A DNA stretch of 64,000 nucleotides from Minisyncoccota bacterium. Its GTDB lineage: Bacteria; Patescibacteriota; Minisyncoccia; Phycocordibacterales; GCA-2401445. Shown here piece by piece: positions 1 to 12,600 of the stretch. The translations under genes and the position numbers were made by a program. Every line of letters starts with the position of its first letter. Positions within the stretch are counted from its first letter, which is position 1. Where the stretch lies: contig JBBDJV010000015.1 in the NCBI GenBank assembly GCA_040879725.1, positions 32,127 through 96,126 of the forward strand, read 5' to 3'. The notes under the pieces are model-generated. The model was given only the letters and a program-made list of their open reading frames with translations. It ran no database searches and was not told where the DNA came from.

Positions 1-612
1 ACAAGTAGTACGCCAACGCTTCTATTCTCTACAACCGATGAACTTTCCGGCTTGAGTAAGTATGAAATTGTTATTGGTGGAGGAGAAACCATTGAGGTTC
101 CTGCGGAAGATATTACGGATGGTAGGTACGAGATGCCCGAGCAAGATAAGGGTGAGTACGCTGTTACAGTAACTGCATATGATCGCGCGGGAAATACCTC
201 TTCTTCTGAAGTAACTGTTACGGTAGAAGAGGAGCGGCAAGCAAGTTCACGTGGACCGGTTGAGTTTGAAGAAGAAGGTCCCTCTTTCATGGAGCGGTAT
301 GGAAATATAATATTTATACTATTCCTACTTTCTGTAATTATTGCACTTTTCATCACAATTCTATTTATGCGTCAAAAGCATAATGCGGAGAAGCGGCGTG
401 CTATTGAAGAAGCTCGAGAAGCTGAAAATAAAATGGAAATTATCTTCTCAACACTTCGCGATGAGGTAGAGGATCAGGTGCGACAATTGAGCGCAAAGGC
501 GCGCCTCAGTGACGCTGAAAAGCGTGTATTGGTGAAGCTTAGGGAAGCACTCGACATCTCAGAAGAGTTTATCGACAAAGAAATCTCAGATATTGAAAAA
601 GTGTTGAAATAG
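1..612 (+). CDS. 5'-truncated membrane-anchored Ig-like surface protein, paralogue of 27539..29272
   Basis: Frame 1 is open from base 1 (TSSTPTLLFSTTDELSGLSKYEI, compare TSPNTQLIFDATDEVSGIARYEI in the 27539 ORF). Ig-like VTAYDRAGN motif, one TM helix, and a coiled-coil tail ending EISDIEKVLK (paralogue ends EIEDIEKVLKSN). Confidence 0.8.
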   Translation, partial: TSSTPTLLFSTTDELSGLSKYEIVIGGGETIEVPAEDITDGRYEMPEQDKGEYAVTVTAYDRAGNTSSSEVTVTVEEERQASSRGPVEFEEEGPSFMERYGNIIFILFLLSVIIALFITILFMRQKHNAEKRRAIEEAREAENKMEIIFSTLRDEVEDQVRQLSAKARLSDAEKRVLVKLREALDISEEFIDKEISDIEKVLK

Positions 613-695
613 CTATACACAAAAGGGTAAAAACCCTAGTAATAATTTGATATAATTAACATACATATCCAATAGTTGTTGGGGGCTTTTTTACA

Positions 696-3600
696 GTGGA
701 TGTGTTTGAAATGAGATTAATTAACCTGCTAAAAAAAGATATTTGGGTCGTGGGAAGCTTGCTACTAATCGTGTTAGTAGTGAGTGGTAATACCTACCTT
801 AAGAATGTATACGCCGACCCGGTGATTGAGGACAGTGTGTATCTTCTCCCAACAAAAGTTGAGTCTGTTGGTTGGAATAATGTTTCAACTGTTGGAGTGC
901 AGGAAATTTCAAGTGACGGAACTTTGGGCGCATTCAACAAATCAAACTCTGCCTTTGTTATTTTCAAAAACGGAGAGTATGCAAAAGAGGAGGCGGTTAT
1001 ACCCGTGAGAGAAACTGGTGTACCGAAAGCTGAGAAGATAGATGTAGGGGAAACAAAGGAAACAGAAGGGCAAGAGAAGTTGGATAACGAAGAAAGTATA
1101 CAAGATTTTATTGCAACAACTACCGCTACGACCACAACAGATAAGTCTGTTTCTACCAGTACTCCAGTAGCAGAGTCTCTAGAACCAGAAAATGAAGAGC
1201 TCGAAGGTGAAGGTGAAGAGGAACAGTCTACAACAACAGACAGTGTGGAGAATCATAATGTTTCGGAAGAAGTGTCGGAAGAAGTAGATAGTGAAGAAAC
1301 TAGCACTTCTTCTGAGGAAGTAAATCTTGACACGCAACAGGAAATAAATGAAGAAGAAAATAATTCAGCTGTTGAGGAAGAGAGTACTGATTCCGTGGAG
1401 AATGAAAATAATGCGTCTTCTTCCGCGCCGGTAACACGTTTTTTAAATGCGATAAAACGAGCGGTATTTTCGCTTGTACCAAGTTTTGTATTTGCGGATG
1501 AGGTAAGCACAACAACTGAAACAAGTACACCCAAAGTTTCGAGTACTACTGTCCCCGTCGAAGAAGTAAGCTCTACTACATCAGTAACGACTACACCTCA
1601 AATCGTCACTTCAGAGGAAGAAAAACAGGCGACAGAAAAAGAAATAGAGGAAAAGCAGGTGGCGGTGCCAAGTAAACCAAGTGAAGATGAAGTGATTGAT
1701 ACTGAGGCTCCAACACTAACAGTCCTCGGAAATAACCCCGCGGTACTTGCTATTGGAAGTACATACAACGACCTTGGGGTTACGGTTAGCGATAATATAA
1801 ACAATAATCTCGGATTCAAGACATCTGTTGACGGAGTAGAGGTTAGTGTTGTTTCTCTTGATACAAAAAGTGAGGGTGTATACGAAATTACGTATAGCGT
1901 GGTTGATCAGGCAGGTAATACAGGAACTGCAAAACGTATGGTATATGTCGGTATTGAACCGGAAGAAAAGATTGTTTCTGAAGCAGAAAATGAAACCATT
2001 TTAGACACATTCACCTGCGATAATTCAGAAGCATGCACAACCAACGTTCTCGAAGTAAGTGGATTTGGTGTGGGAGGTGAAGTATTCGGGGAAGGCTTGA
2101 TAGACACTGCGCAGTTAAGAATTTCAATGGGTAGTAATATTGCGCACTCCAAAACAAATGAGTTGCCGTTGAAGCTCGAAATAGAATATTTTTATAATGA
2201 ATCATGGTTCAGTGCCGGCTCCATAGTGCTCGATGAGGAAGTTTCAAACGCGATAAATGGAGGATATTTCCTCTATGCTCTTCCGTTCTTTGAGTCATGG
2301 GCTGAGTTTGCAGATTTTAAAGTTCGAATACGTTATGACCATAATAAGGAACTTGAAGGAGGAGTTTACATCGATAGTATTTGGATAGAAGCTTTTTCAG
2401 GTGAAGGAATAAATAAAGAAGAGTTTGGGCTCACGAAAGAAGAAAAGAAAAGAGCTGAGATAGAAAAGGGAATGAAAAAGCCAAAACTTCATTCTGTCAT
2501 CAAAGGTAAACCAGCGTTTGAAATAGACGAAAATCCTGAATTTGAATTTGAGTATGAACTCCAACGCTCAAATATTTCTCGGTTTTTCCGAGGTTTGTTT
2601 AAAGATGATCCCGACTACCGAGTTAGCTCGGTTGAGATTAAAACCGCTTCAGGGCAAGATATTGACCTTCCTATTTCCTTGCGATACGGAGGTGGGGAGC
2701 GGTGGGGCTTTTCAGTAGAAAAAAATAACGAATCACTTCATCCTGGAAAATATGAAGTTTCAATAACCATTCATGAAGGAAGCAAGAGTTTTACGGATTC
2801 CTTTGAATTTTATTGGGGCGTACTAACAGTTAATACAAACAAGTCAATATATTCACCGCAAGAAACAGCATTGTTTTCAATGGCGGCATTGACGGACAAT
2901 GGACATACAATGTGTGACGCTATTCTTCGGTTGGTTGTCGTCGATCCGGATCAGTCAGAAACAGTTGTTCCTGTAGAAAAGTCAGGACTCTGTGATGGAA
3001 ACAATGTTATAGACGTTCCAGATTATTTTGGCGAAATGCAACTTGCGGGTGTTGGAGAATACCAAGTATCGCTTGAACGATATAACGAAGAGGGAGGTCT
3101 TGTTATTCAAACAAACGATATTTTTGAGGTAAGAGACTATGTACCGTTTGATGTGGAGAGAGAAGGTCCTACTCGTATTTATCCACCGGCACCTTATGTT
3201 ATGTCTATCTCTTTTAGAGCAAATGAAGCATTTGATGGAGTAATAACTGAAACAGTACCGAAAGGATTTATTATAGAAGAAAGCGAAGGGGCGAATGTCG
3301 TAGTCAAAGAAGACGTTGTAGAAATTTCTTGGCCGGTTTCAGTTCGTGCGGGTGAACGTATTTTGAAAACATACAGGTTTGATGCTCCTGATATTAGTCC
3401 GTATATATATGAAACCGGCCCACTTGTCTTTAAGAAAGAAATAGCAACAACATCATTTCAAGAAATGAGTACTTCTTCACCTCTGTGTAGCGAAGGATTT
3501 TGCGAAGAAGAAATTACAGAGGAGGTAGTATTTCAAGAAATTCGAACATGGAAAATTGCTTCTGACGCAGTGGGAAGAATGCTTATTTTGTGGGATGGAG

Positions 3601-6600
3601 GAGCTGCACCCGCCGGCTGGGAATGTGTATCATGTACTGGAGGGGATCCATTTTATCAAAGATTCATACGAGGAGGTGCTACCTATGGCGGAACGGGTGG
3701 AAGTGCAACTCACACTCATACTGCTTCAGTGTCAGTTGGGGGCCCTTCTGCAACTACCGGACAAACACCAGGAGGTTCGACTGTTTCAGGCTCAGGGCAT
3801 ACTCATACGTTCACTCCAACTGTAAGTTCCGCAAGCAATTTGCCTGAGTATCGTCAGTTGAGAGTATTACGTTCAACCAGCGCGGGAACTCCAGCAACAC
3901 TTCCTGCGGGAGCAATTGTTTTCTTTACCGATACAGTTCCAACTGAGTGGACTCGATACAGCGCGCAAGATGGACGTTTTGTTCGAGGTGAGAGTGGCGT
4001 TGGGACAACAGGAGGTGCAAACACTCACAGTCATACTATTACTGGTACCACCGGCGCGGCAAGTGGGGACACGTACGGCACTCAAAATGGACAGACGAGA
4101 GCGGATGTCGCTCAAGTAAACCACACGCACAGCGTATCTGGTTCAACCGATTCAGTAAGTAATACTCCTCCATACATAGAAACCATTTTAGGGAAAATTG
4201 ACGCAGACGGTTCTCTTCCAATTGGAATGCTCGCAATGTGGGATGAGGATGTTCCTGTAGGTTGGAATCACAAATCTGAATCAGGGGATCCATTTTTTGA
4301 GCGTTTTATTCTCCCTTCAGCTACATATGGAACAATCGGTGGGAATATAACTCATAGTCATGCTAATCAGAATATCGTGAGTGGAGGTCCTGCTCAAACT
4401 ACAACAGCTCGAGCAGGCGGTAATGTTTCTTCATCGGATCACACACACACTATTAGTTTAACAAGCTATTCGTCTCCGAGTCACCTGCCGCCATATATTA
4501 ATGTTGTGATAGCGGAGTTTTTGGGCACAGATCCCGTTTTCACACAAGCTCAATTCAGATGGTATACGAATGCTAATGTCGAAACTCCAACCGACGCATG
4601 GCCACAAGGAAGCACACTTAACTTAAACGAAAATGAACCAATTACTGCTACTTCTACACCGGTATCACCAGATGACGTTGTGCGTCTTCGTATGGCTGTT
4701 GGGGTAGGTAATGCAACATCTACCGCAGGTTCAGTTAACTTTAAATTGCAGTACGGTCAAGGTTCTGTTTGTAGCGCAGTAACAACATGGAGTGATGTAG
4801 GAGAAATAAGCAGTTCAACGCCGTGGATAGGATATGACAATACGAGTGTTCTGGATGGTGTTGAGTTATCTTCAACAACTCTCTCTCTTTCTAATGTGTT
4901 TGGTTCATATGAAGAGGAAAATAACTCAACCACAACACCAAATGATATAAGTGTTGGCGAGTATGTTGAGTATGATTGGGTTATTCAGCACAATAACGCT
5001 ACGAGTGGTGTTCCGTATTGTTTCAGAATGGTAGAAGGTGACGGTACTCAGTTTTTCACTTATACATCGTATCCTAAATTACAAACTAACTCTGCTCCGA
5101 ATACTCCGACTCTCGATCGTTTGTTTGATAATGAAAAAATTGCTTCAACTTCTCCACATTTTTGGTTTGATGCTGAAGATGATGAAGGTGATGCGTTGTA
5201 CTATCAGATACAAGTTGATGAGGATTTTGCCTTCGGATCTGTACTTATAGATAACAATTCTCAATCTCACGGAGATCAGTTTACAAACCTTATAAATCCT
5301 TCTCAAAAGGAGCCATATACTGAAGGAAATACAGTTCAGTTTATTCCAAGTAGCTCACTCTCAAACAATACAACGTATTGGTGGAGGGTTCGTGCATGGG
5401 ATCCTAATGGGTCTGAAGACTATGGAGAGTGGTCTGAACCACAAAGCTTCACAACCGATTCGAATATTGTTGAGTCTACATGGTTTCAGACAACAGACGA
5501 GCAGTTTGATACCAACACACTTAACGGAGTTAGGACGTTGGGAACAGATGCAGTTGAATTGAATGTTGGCTCAAGTACGGGTTCTATGTACTCAACATTT
5601 ATTGATTTTTCAGATGGTACGTATGGAAATATATGGGAAGAATTTTCATTTAATGACGCCGAAACAACTGGATCAATAAGTTATCAGGTTGAATACCAAA
5701 CAGACGAAGGGGCAGAGTTAGTTCCTGATAGTATTCTTCCTGGGAATAGTACAGGATTCGGTACTTCACCCGTAAATCTTTCAGGGGTAGATCCGGAAGT
5801 GTATGACAATCTTCGACTGGTAGCTAACTTTACCAATAGTGGTGGTAGTCCACAATTGCTTGATTGGACACTCAAATGGGGAACAAAAATCGATACTCCG
5901 ACATTACTTCTTCCTTTTGCAAATGAGCGTTTTCCAACCACCACACCAACATTCACATTCACTACTACAGACCAACAAAGTGACGATCTTCAGTATGAAG
6001 TGTCATGGTCAACCGTGTATGATTTCACATCCTCAACTACTCGAAACTCATCATTGCATGCCGGTTTTGCTAATACTGAAGATAGTGGAGACTCTGATCC
6101 ATTTACATCGGGAGATACGATTAGGTTTACAATACAACCTGCTGATGCTCTAACTGCTTCCACTACCTATTGGTGGAGAGTCCGCGCAAAAGACCCAAGT
6201 GGGGGTAATGCATTTTCTGACTGGTCTGAACCAAGAAGTTTTACCCATAATTATTTGGATGTTGTATCAACGTGGTTCCAAACTACCGATGAGCAATTTA
6301 ATACGAACATTCTTTCCGGAACACGAAGTACGGGTAGTGACTCTCTTACTGTCGCAACAACTTCGAACGAAGCTATGATTGTATACGGGGAAGGAGCAGT
6401 AACTACTCCACAGTTTCGAATATGGAACGGTTCGTCATGGTCGAGTGAAAGCAGTGCGCTTAGCGTAGACTCTCAAATAAATTGGGTGGCAGTAAAAGAA
6501 GCCCCTACAAGAGAAGAGTATGTTCTCGGAACACTTGGATTAGATAGTGATGTTAATGTTCAGGTATATAGTGAGGGTATTTGGGATAATCTCCTCGAAG

Positions 6601-9600
6601 TTACTGCTAGTATTAGCAATGCAGATAAACGCGGTTTTGATATTACGTATGAATCAATTTCAGGTGATGCTATGGTTGTAAGTTGTGATGGCGATTCAAA
6701 TCCTACGTACTACACATGGAATGGTTCGTCATGGTCATCACCGGGTACTATAACAACTTCCACAGGAAGTAGCTGTGAGTGGATTCGACTTGCGTCTAAT
6801 CCTGTGTCGGACGAAATTATTATGGTTACTCTGCCGGGTGGAGGAGGTCAATATGAAGCTCAAGTATGGAATGGTTCAGCGTGGGGAAATGCTGTGGTGT
6901 GGGGAGGCATGAGTGAAGCACATGAAGGAATTGGTGTTGCGTATCAACCAAACGGTGCCCTTGCTGTTGTTACTGTAAACAATGATGGTTCAACACCTCC
7001 AAACCGTATGTCATCTCGTACATGGAATGGTTCATTTTGGAGTGGTACTACCGATACAAACGTTGGATACTTTGAACAGGGAACGCTGGTCGCTGATGAT
7101 GGAACAAATAACATGAACCTCTGTTTTGTAAATGACGCTACAACGGTTCAAGGGTTACCGTGGACAGGCACAGCGTGGGGAACGCAAACACAGCTTGATG
7201 CAACCGCCCACGCGAAGAATGATCGCCCGGTTGACTGTGTATACGAAACTACAAGCGGAAGAGATGGAAATGTTTTGACTGCATACAGTGACACAACATC
7301 AGCTCGGTACAGTGTGCTTAGCGGGGGAACCTGGTCTGCTGAAGCAAGTATCAGCACTATCAGTCGTTCCGCAACGGTTCAGCTTGAACGTGTTGGTGAT
7401 GGACTTATTTTGGGAACCTTCTTCGATCATGTAAATGAGCGATACGACTTCTCTTATTGGAATGGTAGTGCATGGTCAACTGCACAAACGCTCGAAAATA
7501 CTCCGTCGGTAAGTTCTGCTCCATTTAAAGAACCGTTTATGATGGCTGCTCGCGGACCGGCAACTAGTGGTACGGTAGCGGTATCTCCGGGTATTGTATT
7601 TTCAGATGGGACCGGTCCGTATTGGGGTGAATTGTCATTTAGTAATACGACTCCTGGAGCAAGTGGGGTGCTTTATCAAGTACAGTACGCAACTGCTACA
7701 ACATATGAGCTTATTCCGGACGTAGACCTTACTGGCAACTCAACAGGCTTTACTACATCACCAGTTGATCTTACCGGTTTGGATATTACTACGTATGATA
7801 CTATTCGAGTCAGAGCGACACTTACCTGTGATGGTTCTGACTGTCCAACTCTAGATGATTGGACGGTGACGTGGGCTGAAGGCGCTACAGTGTCGGGTAC
7901 CATTGCAGAACATGATGAGACAACTGCTGTAACAGAAGGGACGGTAGCTGTTGCGGTAAATGGAGTATTGCAAACAGGTAAAACGGGTGAAATCCAAGGT
8001 GACGGAACATGGAGTATAACCAATGTTACTGCATTTGTTGATGATATTATTACCGTATTTGTAAGTGGCGCAACAAGTGAGAATAAGGCTGTCGCTGTTA
8101 CAAAGTATGATGGGGTGGGAGATATTACAGGCATTGAATTACATGAGCGACATCTTACATTTGGATCAGATGATACCTCGCCTGTTATTACAAACAGCGA
8201 TTTGGGACTTTTCGATATTGCTGTGGGAGGAAGTGATGTGTTCTTTGATGTGGACGCATCGAATAACTTAGTTGCAACTTCAACAGGAGGTGGTTTTGAC
8301 GATGTTGTTGTGTACGTAACTTCTGGAACAACATATAGGCCTGACAGTACATCAAGTGGAAATGTCTCCACTCACGATATTGCTATTTTAGGAACGATAA
8401 TGGCAGACGGAAACACAATTTCACTTTCAGGTTCCTGGAGAAATAGTAGTACTTTTAGTGAGGGTACGAGTCACGTTGTCTTTACCGCTCTAAGTGGTTC
8501 GGAAAGTATAGATTCTACAGGGGCGAGTGCGAGCAATTTTTATCGAGTTACCTTCGGACAAACTTCTGGTACTGCAACATGGTTACTCTCCACACCTCTT
8601 GTGGTAACAAACAACACTGCTGTTAATTACGGAACGTTATCTCCAGGCTCACAAACTCTTTCTTTGGGAGGTAATCTTGCTATTGGTTCAAGTGGTCTGT
8701 TTACTAAAGGTACCGCCACAACAACATTTAACGGAACGGGCAGTAGTGTTTGGTCTGATGCGTCTTCCTTAAAGCAGGATATGGGAATTGTTGTTATTGA
8801 TGGAACAAGTAAAACCGTTACTCTTGGTTCAAATGTTCAAGCAACTGATATTGTTATAGGAGCTAATGATACGTTTGATATAACAACAGGAAACTACAGC
8901 ATAGGTGTAAATGGTTCATGGACTAACAATAATACTTTTCTTTCACGACAGGGAGAGGTAAACTTTACCGGTTCGTCATTTGGAGTTTCTATTTTACCTG
9001 GCTCATCATCTTTTTATAACCTTTCATTTGGTGGAAGCGGCTCGTGGACTTTTGGTTCTACTAATATCACCGTAGTAAATGACTTTAGTATTTCAAATGG
9101 TTTTGTTACGCTTCCGAGCGGAACCACTACCATTAGTGGTTCGTTTCTTGCGACTGCGAGCGGGTCTTTTGCAGGGAATACCGGAACTGTCCTCTTTACC
9201 GGTTCATCTGGATCGGAAAGTATTAGTCAAAATAATTCAAGTTTTTATAATCTTGTACTCAACGGAAGTGGCTCTTGGTCATTTAGTGAGCAAAATGCAA
9301 CCACAACAAACAACGTTCAAATCCTTAGCGGTACGCTAACCGCTCCGTCTGGTGCATTAGCTATTGGAGGTTCATTTACAAATGCTGGAACATTTACTCA
9401 CAATAGTGGCGCACTTCGTTTTTACTCAAGTGGTGATAGTAAGGTAGTACAACCAGGTCTATCTTCCATAAATGACATTATTTTTGATGGATCAGGAGGC
9501 TGGGTTCTTTCTCCATCAGCAAATATAACTGTTTCCGGTGATGTGAGTATTATTTCAGGAACAGCAACATCAACAGCAGAAACACTTTCTGTTGGAGGTT

Positions 9601-12600
9601 CGTGGCTAGTTGGTCCCTCAGGAATATTTAATCACTACGACGGAACTATTGCTTTTAATTCAAGTGATACAGGCGAAACTATTGCTTCAGGAAATTCACC
9701 TTTTGGAACCGTTAGCTTCAATAACTCAAATGGAGGATGGGCTGTCACAGAGAACGCCACATCAAGTTCTGGTTGGAATATTACTGACGTATCTGAATTT
9801 ACCGTTGAGTCAGGTGTGGTTGTGGCTGTTGGTGGTGATTTTAGTAATGATGTCGGAGGTGCGGAAACAACATGGACAGGATCGACTTTGGTTTTAAATT
9901 CCAATACCCCATTCTCAATAAATGATAAATCAACCGGAAGTGACGAGTATGCTTCTATTGTTTTAAATAGTGGCACTAAAGTGAGTATGTGGAATTCGAG
10001 CGCAACGGCGGTTAGTGCTAACAGCGATTCTTATTTATATTCACAAGATCATGCTGGTGTAGATGGAAATCTTTATATTTGGGGTGAGTATGTGCGTTCA
10101 TCAGGTGTGGAGCATTGGAGCCATGCGACTGACTTTGACGGAACCAGTCTTTCTGGTAGTGAACGAGCTGTTTCTGTTTTGTTTGACTCAGGAGCTAGTG
10201 CGGAAATAAATAACTCAACGCTTTCAATTGTTGGCGGAGTGGGAGCAACAACAACAATTAATAATCAAGGAAGTGGAGCATACTCTCTTTCAGTAGTAAA
10301 TAGTACAACCACTGCACAGTATTATGCATTCAGGAACTTAGATAGTAGTGGTTTTGTTTTAACAGGAGAAACGTCTGTTACTTCATTATCAAATGGAGAT
10401 TTTGAATTATCAGCAGATGGAGGTTCACTTGTAACACTTTCTGCTGAAACAATCGATGAGAATCCAACATTACAGATTAGCCGGGTTCGTTTTGCAACCT
10501 CAACAGGAATAACGTCTGGATTTAACGTTACCGCAACAGGAACACCTACTTCGTACTGGTGGTATAGGAATCATTATGGCAATTATGCTGGAGAAGCGTT
10601 TGATAATGATCCGGGAGATAACCCTGGAAATATTCGTTGGGATGACAGCAATCTTTCAATCACTGTTTCGGGAATAGTCTATTATTCTGATCGTGCTACT
10701 ACAATGGGTAGTCCTGTGTGTGATGGAAGCACTAACACTGTTCGTGTAGATGTTCAGGGAGGAACAGGGGGAAGTGCTCCGTGTAATGCAACAACTGGAG
10801 AATTTTCAATCGAAGGGGTGTCATTAAGTGGAGACGGAATAGTAACAACATATCTTGATACAAATGGTGGATCACGCGCGGTGGCGATATCAAAAACTCC
10901 AACCGCAGACATAACTAATCTTGGACTATATGAAAGTTGGCTTACAATTAGGAACGAAGATGTGAATTCGGTATCAATATCTGACCTTGTTGCCTTTGAT
11001 AGCTCGGGTGATTCTGATGTATTCTTCTCTGCAAATGAAGGCTCACCGGATACGTTGGTCTTGGAGGATGGTTTTGGATTATATGTTGAAGAAGGGAAGT
11101 CTTTTTCACCTAATGGAAATATAACACTTGTTTCAGGGAGTACTGATTTCGTTGCGGGAACATTTGAGCTGGGAACAAGTAGCCTTTTGACGTTTAATGA
11201 CGGAGAAGACCATGCAGTTGGCGGAAGCTTTATAGTAGGGACTAACGCAACCGCAACAGTAGCAAGTTCAAGTCTTACCTTTACCGCTACAACTTCCGGA
11301 AAAACCATTACACCTAATGGCTCATCACTCTATGATGTTGCCTTTACTGGTGTTGGTGGCGAATGGGAACTTAGTACCTCGAGTATTACGGGGGACTTTG
11401 TAGTAACCGCGGGAACTGTTGTTGGAACTTCAGATGTTTTGGTAACCAGCGGTTCAATAACCGGAAATGGCGTGCTTGCATTTACTGATGGCGCAGTAAC
11501 ACTTCAGAAAGCAGGAAACTTCGGAGGTTCGGAAAACTGGACATTCGCTAACTTGGTATTTGGTGACGGTACAACAAATGCAACTACAACAAAAATTGGA
11601 GCGAATAATATTCTGGTGGAAAATCAATTAACCATAGACACAAATCATGTTCTTCTTGCAGGAGATGATGAGTGGGAATTAGGAGGAAGTGGTACTCCGT
11701 TTGTAATTTCAGGAGACTTTGACGCGGAAACTTCAACCGTTACCTATAGTGGGACAAGCGCGACAACAGTTACTGCCGAAGAGTATAACGCTCTTACTCT
11801 TGCACCGTCTGGAGCGGGATCTCCAAACTACACTCTTGCCTCAGGGTCCTTTATTCTAAATACATTAGTAGTAGGTGACGGGGTTAATACGGTTTCGGTT
11901 AATGCAAACACCACTGATCCTTTAGTAAATGTAAATGGTGATGTAACAATAAATAGCAACGCAACATACGTATCATCAAATAGCTCATTGCTTTCCGTGG
12001 GGGGAAGTTGGACAAACAATGGTGCCTTTACGCATAGTAATGGAACGGTACTATTTAACTCAAGTGACACGGGAGAAATTGTATCTTCAGGTAATTCAGC
12101 GTTTGGAAATCTTCTATTTAGTAATGTTTCAGGCGGATGGGCTATTTCAGGAAATGCAACAACAAGCGGTAATTTAATTCTCGCATCAAGTACTTCCTTT
12201 ACTCTTTCTCCTGGTAGTACGCTTTCGGTTGGTGGGATGTTTGAAAACCAACTTGATGGAGGAGTAACAACATGGGACGGAACAACATTGGTTCTCGAAG
12301 GTGCGGTAGGATACTCAGTCAATTCAGCGACAAGTACAGGGGATACATACAATACATTAGTTATTGATGAAAATACCGATGTCCGCCTCTGGTCCTCATC
12401 CGCAGGAACCACCACTGTCGCAAGTACCGCATCACTCTACTCACAAGACCACGCAGGAGTAGACGGTGACCTCTACATCTGGGGAGACTATCGCCGAACT
12501 ACCGGTAATGACTACTGGAGCTATGCTACTGACTTTGACGGAACCGCACTTACCGGAGGAAGTGAACGACAAGTAAACGTACGCTTTGCTCCAAATGCTT

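Noticed and set aside
3570-4520. Prophage suggested by tail-collar-like repeats
   Set aside because: The repeats are internal to a signal-peptide-bearing cellular protein; no capsid, terminase or integrase genes are present.
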